NCBI GenBank assembly: GCA_013203315.1
Contig: JABMQJ010000001.1
Coordinates: 49,179-113,178, forward strand
Source: Candidatus Omnitrophota bacterium
Lineage (GTDB): Bacteria; Omnitrophota; Gorgyraeia; JABMRN01; RBG-13-46-9
DNA length: 64,000 nt
Direction of reading: 5' to 3'
Part shown: piece after piece, positions 8,893 through 16,818 of the stretch
How positions within the stretch are numbered: position 1 is the first letter of the stretch
Layout: every line of letters begins with the position of its first letter
Notes under the pieces: generated by a model
What the model was told of the DNA's origin: nothing
Databases searched by the model: none
What the model saw: the letters and a program-made list of their open reading frames with translations, nothing else
Made by a program: the position numbers and the translations under genes

Positions 8893-8918
8893 GGGCGCTC
8901 TTGGGGGTGTCCTGCTTG
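8893..8918. repeat. Second, truncated copy of hairpin B
   Basis: 25/26 identical to 3320-3345; directly abuts a partial M-like motif at 8876-8892. Confidence 0.8.
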
Positions 8919-8919
8919 T

Positions 8920-9153
8920 TCACTTCCCCTTTGACCCTCTAATTGCCCAGAGGATAAGACGGATAAGTAAATAGACGGGGTATCCGAGAAGCATAAACAT
9001 GAACGCGAATGTGACTATTTGCTGACCGGCTTGTTCACCAACTATTGCAAACTCGGTCATACGCAGGGCAAATATGACAATTGCGGATATGACCACGATG
9101 CCGAGCAATATGAGCCCTTCCTTCTTTATGATTTTTTTTATACCATCTTTCAT
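8920..9153 (-). CDS. Small 2-TM membrane protein (77 aa)
   Basis: Two hydrophobic segments, basic ends, GGAG RBS. Confidence 0.65.
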   Translation of the reverse strand: MKDGIKKIIKKEGLILLGIVVISAIVIFALRMTEFAIVGEQAGQQIVTFAFMFMLLGYPVYLLIRLILWAIRGSKGK

Positions 9154-9166
9154 CCAGACATCTCCT

Positions 9167-9240
9167 TGCCTGCCGGCAGGCAGACTTTAATTAGGCCCCA
9201 GGGACAGTTCTTAATCTGTCCCTTGCCTGAACCGTTCCTA
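9167..9240. repeat. Cluster of REP-like palindromes
   Basis: TGCCTGCCGGCAGGCA (9167-9182), AGGGACAG-N8-CTGTCCCT (9200-9223), GAACCGTTCCTA (9229-9240). Confidence 0.75.
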
Positions 9241-9255
9241 TTTTCAATTTTTGAC

Positions 9256-9483
9256 TTACAGCTCGAACTTGCTTTTATCTACTCTCGCGGTTTTAGAAAA
9301 TTTTTCTTTAACACCATCCAGAGTATCCTGGAGAGCCTTAAATATTTTCTCCACCTCTTCCGGCGTGGATTCGTAACCGGCACCCGATAAATTACCCAAC
9401 AGTTCTATCTTCTTTATCGCATTCGTTACCCTCTGCGTCGCGAGTCTTTTAAACTTATCATGTTTGCTTTCAGATTCTGCCAT
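9256..9483 (-). CDS. Small helical hypothetical protein (75 aa)
   Basis: Strong RBS AGGAGG; KFKRLA..RV..AI..I.LLGNLS...Y motif. Confidence 0.75.
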   Translation of the reverse strand: MAESESKHDKFKRLATQRVTNAIKKIELLGNLSGAGYESTPEEVEKIFKALQDTLDGVKEKFSKTARVDKSKFEL

Positions 9484-9518
9484 ATTTTCCTCCTTTTTTT
9501 AAAATCGTTATTGTTTAG

Positions 9519-9537
9519 CTTTCGACCGTTTCAGAAT
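9519..9537. repeat. Junction motif M copy
   Basis: 19/19 identical to 3860-3878. Confidence 0.9.
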
Positions 9538-9563
9538 CCGGAAATTCTTATCAGCTCGTGCAT
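9531..9563 (-). pseudogene. Orphan gene start / 10 aa mini-ORF MHELIRISGF
   Basis: AGGAGG RBS and ATG right after the upstream stop; the TGA lies inside motif M. Confidence 0.45.
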
Positions 9564-9576
9564 ATCTTCCTCCTAT

Positions 9577-10089
9577 CTAATTTTCGGTTACATGCTCGAT
9601 TACGCTGCTTTTTGCGATGTCACCCGGGGATGTAGTGTCTGCTGTCGGGACTTCTGGGACTATGTCGAGCCCGCCGGAGTTGAAAGCCTCGTAGCAGAGC
9701 TCCGAACAGAAATAATCTTTATCCTTTTGCCACGTATTGGCGATATCTTCAAAGGGGAGTTTAAGCTTTGAGAGAAGTTTTAAAAAACCCAGAAAAAATA
9801 CGCCAAGGTAGTCATATTTATTGTTTAACGCGTCTACTAAATACGATATTGTGTTGTTTATATCAAAGCTATGCCCTTCTTTTATTCTATAAACATCATA
9901 GCCCTGTTTTATTTTCCTTATATCACGGGCCCTTACGCCGCCTTTTGTTATCGCTTCTATCACAAGATTCATTTCCGGGGATACACAAACAGCGACGTGT
10001 GAATATTTACTACCAGTTCCCCACTGTATGATCTTAGATATCCCGTCTTCTCCTTCAAATAAAAGTATATCGCCGGTTTTCATCTGCAT
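9577..10089 (-). CDS. Permuted papain-like NlpC/P60 (YiiX/YebB-like) cysteine hydrolase
   Basis: GDILLF, YSHVA (His), YDY, YFCSEL (Cys) in permuted order. Confidence 0.85.
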   Translation of the reverse strand: MQMKTGDILLFEGEDGISKIIQWGTGSKYSHVAVCVSPEMNLVIEAITKGGVRARDIRKIKQGYDVYRIKEGHSFDINNTISYLVDALNNKYDYLGVFFLGFLKLLSKLKLPFEDIANTWQKDKDYFCSELCYEAFNSGGLDIVPEVPTADTTSPGDIAKSSVIEHVTEN

Positions 10090-10091
10090 AA

Positions 10092-10757
10092 TTAAAACAA
10101 TAGTTTTATTTTTGTGCCCAGCACGTTATAGCTTATCCAATGCTTGGACTTCTTGCTGAATTGCCAGAGATAAAATACGTCCAGGCTTAAGTTTTTTATG
10201 ATTTTAAAGTTGGCGCCTGCGTAGAGCCTGTTTCTGTTTAGTTCGCCCGCATCGAAATCAACAAATACCTCATCAGCTACATACGGCGTAAATTTAAACT
10301 GGTCTAGTTCCAGCGGATACCCCACCGTAAATTTATTTCTATAGCGCCACTTGGTGTTGGAATTTTCGGGCATTCTCCACTCCAACCTACCACGATTACT
10401 CAACGAAAAACCATCTGTCTTATGTTTAAGCGTGGCATTAAAGTGCGGCCTGTTTTCATATTCCCAACCGTTACTTCCCTCTTCAAAAGCCAAGCGATAG
10501 TTAACCCCTACATCGAGCCATTCGGCGAGACCCGCATACGTTACCCCTACATCAGAATGCTGATAATAAAAATCGCTTACGCCGTCTCCGAACCGAAATT
10601 CTTCTTCTACTTTTATTTTCCAGTCCTCATTTATTTTATATGATATATTTTCCGTGTTCCAATACTGAAAATCACCGTCATCAAAAGCAAAACATGCGCC
10701 TGATAAAAACAATATTACAGTTAAAGCAACAAAGAAAATCTTTCCCCGATTCGACAT
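10092..10757 (-). CDS. Outer-membrane beta-barrel protein (DUF2490-like)
   Basis: Signal peptide, alternating beta-strand pattern, ENRP, RYRN, NRLYAG, terminal Phe. Confidence 0.8.
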   Translation of the reverse strand: MSNRGKIFFVALTVILFLSGACFAFDDGDFQYWNTENISYKINEDWKIKVEEEFRFGDGVSDFYYQHSDVGVTYAGLAEWLDVGVNYRLAFEEGSNGWEYENRPHFNATLKHKTDGFSLSNRGRLEWRMPENSNTKWRYRNKFTVGYPLELDQFKFTPYVADEVFVDFDAGELNRNRLYAGANFKIIKNLSLDVFYLWQFSKKSKHWISYNVLGTKIKLLF

Positions 10758-10774
10758 TTTCTCCAGTTTCCTCC

Positions 10775-11992
10775 TTATTTTAGTTCGTATAAAAATACCT
10801 TATCGTTACGACGGGCCTTGAAGGGTAGCTTTATACCCACCCGGTCGCCTTTTTTCGCGGAATCCACGGGGATTTCGTCTTTGTGCATTTCATCTATTTT
10901 CGCAACTCTGGCGGGGGTGGTTTTTCCGCAAATTAATACGTTCTGGCCTTTCTTGATGCCATTATCTATTACAGATACTCCCGCAACATTCACTTTGTTG
11001 TAGAAATTAATAACCTTTCCCACAAAAAGCTTATTGTAGGCGCTCTGCCCCTTTTTGCTGCCGGTATCATTGGGTTGCGAGAAGAAGAAGCCGTCTGTAA
11101 AACCCCTGTTATACGTAAGCGAGAGCCTAATTTTAAGCGCTTTTTTACTTTTCGGGTCAAGCTTGCCGGCGAAAAAAGAATCTATCGCTTCCCTGTAAAC
11201 GGCAGTAACCTCCCCCACGTATTCGGCCGAACGCATACGGCCTTCTATCTTAAAAGCGCTTATACCGGACTCTATTAGTTTATCAATAAACTCAATAGTG
11301 CACAAATCCTTTGTGCTCAACACGTAATCGGTACCTAAAACGTAATCGTTTTCTTTATCTCTGGTATCTTTGATTAAAAATGCGCGCCTGCACGGCTGGA
11401 GGCACATGCCGCGGTTTGCTGATTTTGAAAATGAAGCGTGCGAAAGAAAACATCTGCCGGATATGCTGACGCATAAGGCCCCGTGGATAAAAGTTTCTAT
11501 TTCACAATCCAATTTTTCTTTCTTTACATTTTTAATTATTTCTTTTATATCCGAAAGATTGCACTCCCTGGCAAGAACGATTCTTTTTACGCCTTGGGAA
11601 TGGTAAAATTTGAGCGCGGTGAAATTGGCGACACTTGCCTGTGTTGAGAGGTGGGTTTTTAGTTTCAGGTCTTTTGCGTATTGTAGTGCCGCCATGTCCC
11701 AGAGCATGACAGCGTCAACATTGGCTTTCTTGGCATTTTCTAAAATTTTCTTTATCTTTTTCATGTCGCTATTATACATGATGGTATTAAGCGCAAGATA
11801 ACCCTTCTTCCCGTTATCGTGAAGACGCGACATTACCTTTTTTATTTCGAGCATATCAAAATTAGCGGCCCAGTGCCGCATGTTTAAATTCTTTATGCCG
11901 AAATATACGCTATCTGCGCCGGCTTCTATCGCCGTATTTAAAGCGCACCAATCCCCTGCCGGGGATATTAGTTCCGGTTTTTTGTGCTTCAT
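10775..11992 (-). CDS. Peptidase U32 family Fe-S protein (TrhP/RlhA-like RNA hydroxylation)
   Basis: PELISPAG, GADSVY, HGALCVSISGRC, NRGMCLQPCR, KIEGR. Confidence 0.9.
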   Translation of the reverse strand: MKHKKPELISPAGDWCALNTAIEAGADSVYFGIKNLNMRHWAANFDMLEIKKVMSRLHDNGKKGYLALNTIMYNSDMKKIKKILENAKKANVDAVMLWDMAALQYAKDLKLKTHLSTQASVANFTALKFYHSQGVKRIVLARECNLSDIKEIIKNVKKEKLDCEIETFIHGALCVSISGRCFLSHASFSKSANRGMCLQPCRRAFLIKDTRDKENDYVLGTDYVLSTKDLCTIEFIDKLIESGISAFKIEGRMRSAEYVGEVTAVYREAIDSFFAGKLDPKSKKALKIRLSLTYNRGFTDGFFFSQPNDTGSKKGQSAYNKLFVGKVINFYNKVNVAGVSVIDNGIKKGQNVLICGKTTPARVAKIDEMHKDEIPVDSAKKGDRVGIKLPFKARRNDKVFLYELK

Positions 11993-12717
11993 TACATGGC
12001 TCGGGCGAGGTTATTTAGCTTTTCGCGTATGAGCTCTCTTAGGCGTGCATAGTCTTCGATTTTGTAAGGCGTTGTATCGATCGGCGGCAGAACGGTGAGT
12101 TTGCCGGATACTTTTGTTTTAAAAACCCAGCTACCCTTGGGGATCGCTTCCCTTGTGCCGCCCATAAAAACAGGAAGAATGGGTTTGCCTTCCCTTATGG
12201 CTAGCTTGAAGGCCCCATTCTGGAATTCGTTCATGTCGTCTGTATCACTGCGTGTGCCTTCCGGGAAAAAGAGTACCGACTTACCTTCCCTTAACTTCTG
12301 GGCCGCGGCCCTATACACTTTTTTAATGCTCGCAAAGTCTCCCCTGTTTAGCAAAATATGGTTATTGACCCTGAGAAGGCCTCCGATAAACGGAACCTTA
12401 AGGAGGTTTTTTTTGGCCACCCATTTGAATTGCGTGCGTATTTTGTATATTAGGACAATATCGGCAAGACTCTGGTGATTGGCAACTATGACATATGTTT
12501 TTTTGTGGTCAATATTCTCTAATCCGCTTACCTCCAGATTCCAATAAGGATTTAAGGATACCAAGGCATCCGACCACCAGAAGCACTGCGCGTGGACTAT
12601 TTTTTCTCGCTTGTCAGGCGGAAAAGGCATCTTCGACAGGACCCGGCTCACAAAAATCACAGTCGCGGTAAGGATAGTGCCCACGACCCATATCACGATT
12701 GATATTATAAATCTCAT
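11992..12717 (-). CDS. plsC: 1-acyl-sn-glycerol-3-phosphate acyltransferase
   Basis: NHQSLAD and FFPEGTRS motifs. Confidence 0.9.
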   Translation of the reverse strand: MRFIISIVIWVVGTILTATVIFVSRVLSKMPFPPDKREKIVHAQCFWWSDALVSLNPYWNLEVSGLENIDHKKTYVIVANHQSLADIVLIYKIRTQFKWVAKKNLLKVPFIGGLLRVNNHILLNRGDFASIKKVYRAAAQKLREGKSVLFFPEGTRSDTDDMNEFQNGAFKLAIREGKPILPVFMGGTREAIPKGSWVFKTKVSGKLTVLPPIDTTPYKIEDYARLRELIREKLNNLARAM

Positions 12718-12720
12718 AGG

Positions 12721-13185
12721 TTATCTTGATATCTTCAATATCTTATATTTCAGGGTCCCAGCGGGAACCTGAATTTCAACGATTTCCTTTACCTTGTGGC
12801 CCAATAGGCCCTTACCTACCGGGGAAGTTACGGAAATCTTGTTTTGCGCGAAATCTGCCTCTAATTCGGCTACCAGCATATATTCAAGTTCTTCCCCCGA
12901 ATCCATATCTTTTAGTTTAACTGTTGCGCCGATAAGCGCCTCGTCTTTGGCAATTTTTGTATCATCGAGTATTTGCGAGCTGGCTAATTTCCCTTCTAAT
13001 TCGGCGATTCTTTTCTCATTCATCCCCTGCGCGTCTTTGGCCGCGTCATATTCGGCGTTTTCGCTTATATCTCCGTGCGCGCGCGCCTCCCCTATCGCCT
13101 TGGACAACTTTCGGCGCTTGGTTGTTTTCAGGGTCTCGAGTTTCTTTCTAAGCTTCTCATATCCTTCGGGCGTTAAATAAGACAT
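12721..13185 (-). CDS. greA: Transcription elongation factor GreA
   Basis: ARAHGDISENAEYDAAK, ISVTSPVGKGL. Confidence 0.95.
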   Translation of the reverse strand: MSYLTPEGYEKLRKKLETLKTTKRRKLSKAIGEARAHGDISENAEYDAAKDAQGMNEKRIAELEGKLASSQILDDTKIAKDEALIGATVKLKDMDSGEELEYMLVAELEADFAQNKISVTSPVGKGLLGHKVKEIVEIQVPAGTLKYKILKISR

Positions 13186-13198
13186 TTTTTCTCCCTTT

Positions 13199-13546
13199 TT
13201 ATTTTTTTATAAACGCAATTTTTACGGTAGTATGGGTGTCATCCTGCCAGGGCCAAAACATCGCTATTATAGTACCGTCTTCAAACTCTTTCTTAAAAAG
13301 TGTCTGATTATCAAAAACACCGCCACACTCTTGTGTAATGCGCACGTCTTCTTTTGTGGGTTTTACCTTTGCGGGTTTTGTCGCAGGCCCCAAAATACCG
13401 GTAAGCATCTTTTCCCATTTATTTATTTCATCGGTAGCTACGACATATTCGCAATATTCGTCGTTTACTGTGCGTTTTTCGAAAATATCAAGCGTCTTAG
13501 ATTTTTCAATGATTTCTTTTAGCATGTTATCCGCTTTTTCTGCCAT
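13199..13546 (-). CDS. Hypothetical protein (115 aa)
   Basis: Operonic spacing, RBS AGGAG; AMFWPW motif. Confidence 0.7.
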   Translation of the reverse strand: MAEKADNMLKEIIEKSKTLDIFEKRTVNDEYCEYVVATDEINKWEKMLTGILGPATKPAKVKPTKEDVRITQECGGVFDNQTLFKKEFEDGTIIAMFWPWQDDTHTTVKIAFIKK

Positions 13547-13564
13547 ATAAAGCGCTCCTCTTGT

Positions 13565-13984
13565 TTACTCGCCGATCAGCTTAACGAGGATGCGTTTCCG
13601 GCGGCGTCCGTCAAATTCACCGTAGAAGATCTGCTCCCACGGCCCGAAATCAAATTTACCTTTAGTAACAGCGACGACTACCTCGCGCCCCATTATGGTT
13701 CTTTTAAGATGCGCGTCGGCGTTGTCTTCGCCGGTAAGATTATGCTTATATTGCGAGATAGGCGCGTGTGGGGCAAGTTTTTCGAGCCACTTTTCAAAAT
13801 CTGCGTGAAGGCCTTTTTCGTCATCGTTTATAAAAACGCTCGCTGTTATGTGCATTGTGTTTACAAGGCACAGGCCTTCTTTTATGCCACTTTTTCGTAG
13901 GATCTCTTCAGCCTCGGGGGTTATGTTTATAAACTCTCTCTCGTTTTTCGTATTAACCCAAAGGTATTCGGTATGTGTCTTCAT
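13565..13984 (-). CDS. yjbQ: YjbQ/UPF0047 family protein
   Basis: [25 protein letters not shown]. Confidence 0.9.
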   Translation of the reverse strand: MKTHTEYLWVNTKNEREFINITPEAEEILRKSGIKEGLCLVNTMHITASVFINDDEKGLHADFEKWLEKLAPHAPISQYKHNLTGEDNADAHLKRTIMGREVVVAVTKGKFDFGPWEQIFYGEFDGRRRKRILVKLIGE

Positions 13985-13992
13985 GTATACTA

Positions 13993-14021
13993 ATTATACC
14001 CCTAAAAATAAATAGCCTCAA
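13993..14021 (-). promoter_or_regulatory. Sigma70-type promoter, probably leaderless
   Basis: TTGAGG-N17-TATAAT, 8 nt from the yjbQ ATG, no SD. Confidence 0.6.
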
Positions 14022-14827
14022 GATTTATCTAAGGTTTCGTCGAACCAATCGAGTATTAACTTTCTTAGCTTATCGGGATAGAATTGAACAAGCCTTTCCG
14101 CATGAAGGCCGTTTTCTATTATTTCTATTTTTTTGTAAGTCGGCGCCGCATTGTAAAGCGTTTCGGAATGATAGTCTTTAATAATCCAGTCTTTGTCCCC
14201 GTGTATGAAAAACATCGGCGTACGCTTTACTAAGGTTATCGTATCAATGGGTTTTTTCTTCGGAAGAAAAATGTGATCAACCCTTGCGCCCTTTCCTTCC
14301 CATTTACAATCGATATTGTCTTTTAAATCTGATAGCATCCCGGGTTCCCAGAAGTGAAAGTTCACACCCTTAAAACTCGAGGGACAACTTATCAGTATCA
14401 TGCTATCCACGTCATCTCTTTCGGAGACAGCGTTTATTGAGGAAGCGGCGCCCAATGAAAAGGCTAATATGCCTATTTTTTTGTATCCTTCAAGTTTTGC
14501 GTAATCCAATATAGCGTTAATATCCAAATGTTCCCGGGCCCCCCACGAGTATTTTCCCGTGCTCTTTCCGTGCCCCCTTAAATCAAATATTATGACATCG
14601 TGTTCGGACAAGAGTAAATCGACGGTCTTCCGCATCCATCGATTTTCCATGCTGTTATAGAACCCCGGGCATACTACAATTACAGAGTCGAATTCATTTT
14701 TGTACTGCTCGTAAGCAATTGTAATATTATCTTCCGTATAAAGCGTGCCGCTTGTGCAGTTCGGGTTACTCTCCGCATACGCACTTAAAGATAACGTTAC
14801 TATTGCAAGTATAATTATTATCCGCAT
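14018..14827 (-). CDS. Secreted alpha/beta hydrolase
   Basis: Signal peptide; DLRGHGKS, AFSLG nucleophile elbow, HGDKD, GLHAE. Confidence 0.85.
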   Translation of the reverse strand: MRIIIILAIVTLSLSAYAESNPNCTSGTLYTEDNITIAYEQYKNEFDSVIVVCPGFYNSMENRWMRKTVDLLLSEHDVIIFDLRGHGKSTGKYSWGAREHLDINAILDYAKLEGYKKIGILAFSLGAASSINAVSERDDVDSMILISCPSSFKGVNFHFWEPGMLSDLKDNIDCKWEGKGARVDHIFLPKKKPIDTITLVKRTPMFFIHGDKDWIIKDYHSETLYNAAPTYKKIEIIENGLHAERLVQFYPDKLRKLILDWFDETLDKS

Positions 14828-14842
14828 CGCTACTCTTGGTTA

Positions 14843-15835
14843 TTAAACCCTTAACGCGTTTAGTTCTTCTTCACCCATGGGTAAGACTTCGGGGTGGCCG
14901 GTACTTTTCTCTTTGCAGGTAATTTTTAATGGTTGGTTCGGCTCCCCGTCGCTATACCTTGCGACTATACGCCCGGCCTTTAGAATAGAATCTTCGTCAA
15001 AAGCGCCTCTCCCGATGCCGGTCGGGCCGGTTGTATCTAGAGGATAAAAATGAAAATCGTTTTCCTTGGAGAGGCTTGATAGTTTCTTGTTTTCTTCATC
15101 GTTTCTGCCTACAATTAATTTGGCTTTTGTGTTTAGGCGAAAGTGCCTGCCGACTTTGAGAAGCTGCACGTCATTTATAGTGATATCGGGTTTATGTTTT
15201 AGCAAATCACGCATTCTCCTGGCAAAACCCGGATCCGTTAAAAGACATCCGCCCGCGGGACAAGGATAGTCATTGATGCCAAAGTCTTTGGCGAGTTGTA
15301 TTTGCGGTTTTCTTGAGCGTCCGCTTATGGATAGGAACTTTTCCCTGTCAACCAGGCCTTCTTTTTCCGGGATGCTGGGCTCCATGAGCTTGGACGAAAG
15401 CGGCCTTACGATGAATCCCTTTAATCCGCTCTCGTTCTCTATGGTTCGCATGGCGTCTTTTCTCTGCGACATCGGGCGTTCTCCCAATACCTCTCCGGTG
15501 AAAATAAAAGAAGCGCCCGTTTGCTTCATGTACTCACCTGCTTTTCTAAATATGAATATGCGGCAGTCAAGGCACGGATTCATGTTGCTGCCGTAGCCGT
15601 GCTTGGGATTTTTGACTATCTCCAAATATTCTTTGGTTATTTCGAAGACCTTAAGAGGAACACCGAGGGTATCAGCTGCTGATTTGCTGGCAAGGCATGT
15701 TTTTCCGTGGGCAGTACAGTTGCAGAATACGGTTAAAAAGTTAAGCGCTTCTACTTCTATGCCCTGTTCCAGCATAAGCTTCGTAGCTAATATGCTGTCT
15801 AATCCCCCGGAAAGTAATGCTATTGCTTTAGTCAT
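14843..15835 (-). CDS. ThiI/MnmA-like PP-loop tRNA sulfurtransferase (no THUMP domain)
   Basis: SGGLDS PP-loop, NPCLDC, GEVLGERPMSQ, PAGGCLLT, GRHFR. Confidence 0.8.
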   Translation of the reverse strand: MTKAIALLSGGLDSILATKLMLEQGIEVEALNFLTVFCNCTAHGKTCLASKSAADTLGVPLKVFEITKEYLEIVKNPKHGYGSNMNPCLDCRIFIFRKAGEYMKQTGASFIFTGEVLGERPMSQRKDAMRTIENESGLKGFIVRPLSSKLMEPSIPEKEGLVDREKFLSISGRSRKPQIQLAKDFGINDYPCPAGGCLLTDPGFARRMRDLLKHKPDITINDVQLLKVGRHFRLNTKAKLIVGRNDEENKKLSSLSKENDFHFYPLDTTGPTGIGRGAFDEDSILKAGRIVARYSDGEPNQPLKITCKEKSTGHPEVLPMGEEELNALRV

Positions 15836-15848
15836 TTAAAAAAAGTAA

Positions 15849-15885
15849 CAGCGACTATCCTTCATTAATAGAAAAATAGTCGCTG
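15849..15885 (-). terminator. Terminator after thi4
   Basis: 10 bp stem CAGCGACTAT/ATAGTCGCTG followed by a T-tract on the minus strand. Confidence 0.65.
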
Positions 15886-15909
15886 CTCCTTCGTATCTTG
15901 TTTATAAGG

Positions 15910-16734
15910 TTACGCTACTGCTGCTTCCAGTTTGGTAGCTGCCGGTTGCGGTTTGGTGCCGTCTTTTGAAAGCATTTTCATCGCTACCTCAGCCGCTTTT
16001 TTACCGGAAAGGAGCATTCCGCCAAAAGTCGGGCCCATGCGCGGAATTCCGTAAGCAGTGGAAACTGCCATGCCTGCTACGATAAGACCCGGAAAAATCT
16101 CGCCTGTTCTTTTCACTACTAAGTCTTCTGAAGTGTCTGCGTCCATCGGACCGAAAGTGGCCAACTTCAGCATGTGTCTTTTCTCAAGGCTTCTGCATAC
16201 ACAGGCGTCGTGCCCCGTAGCGTCAATTACAACCTTGGACTCCATGGAAATAGGATCAACGCAGGTGATTTGTCTTGGTAGGGCCGCTACAGGTGTCCAG
16301 TTGATAACCGCGCCCTCTACTCTTTTGTTGCGATATACAACGTCGTCAAACCTTGTCATGTTCAAGATCTTTACGCCGGCGTCGCATGCTGACGCTATGA
16401 GTTTTGAGCAGGCGTGCGGGCCATCGGCAACTAATAAGCCGTCTTCTCTTTCCCTGTAGGGGATACCGATCTCGTCTAAAACAGTTTCTGCGGGGGATCT
16501 AAAGGTTATCGTGTTCATCAGATAACCACCTATCCAGAAACCGCCGCCGATATAATTGTTGGCCTCTACTATGAGGGTCTTAACACCCTGTCTCGAAAGG
16601 TCCCTTCCGGCTACAAGGCCACTTGGGCCTCCACCAACTATGATTACGTCGGAAATTATGTAGTCCTCGAACCATTTCGTGAATTCACTTACGATTGCTT
16701 TACTTATTTGCGCTTCACTTACTTTTTTAAACAT
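15910..16734 (-). CDS. thi4: Thiazole synthase THI4 (Cys-type)
   Basis: GGGPSG, GGGFWIGG, TCVDP, DATGHDA, PRMGPTFGGMLLSG. Confidence 0.92.
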   Translation of the reverse strand: MFKKVSEAQISKAIVSEFTKWFEDYIISDVIIVGGGPSGLVAGRDLSRQGVKTLIVEANNYIGGGFWIGGYLMNTITFRSPAETVLDEIGIPYREREDGLLVADGPHACSKLIASACDAGVKILNMTRFDDVVYRNKRVEGAVINWTPVAALPRQITCVDPISMESKVVIDATGHDACVCRSLEKRHMLKLATFGPMDADTSEDLVVKRTGEIFPGLIVAGMAVSTAYGIPRMGPTFGGMLLSGKKAAEVAMKMLSKDGTKPQPAATKLEAAVA

Positions 16735-16754
16735 ACGTACCTCCTTTTTATTAT

Positions 16755-16783
16755 ATTACACCACAGACGTGTTTACATGTCAA
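16755..16783 (-). promoter_or_regulatory. Sigma70-type promoter of thi4
   Basis: TTGACA-N17-TGTAAT, short leader with AAGGAGG. Confidence 0.6.
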
Positions 16784-16818
16784 TGATATTTCTAGAGATC
16801 CGGTTCTATTTTTTTGTA

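Noticed and set aside
9531-9533. Selenocysteine read-through of the mini-ORF TGA
   Set aside because: The downstream frame gives a short implausible peptide and no SECIS-like hairpin was seen
387-9537. Motif M as CRISPR repeats, integron attC sites or an ECF -35 (TGAAAC)
   Set aside because: Spacing is gene-sized and irregular with no cas genes; no RYYYAAC/GTTRRRY boxes; no conserved -10 at 16-17 nt
16735-16818. TPP riboswitch upstream of thi4
   Set aside because: Predicted leader is only about 15 nt; no aptamer motif
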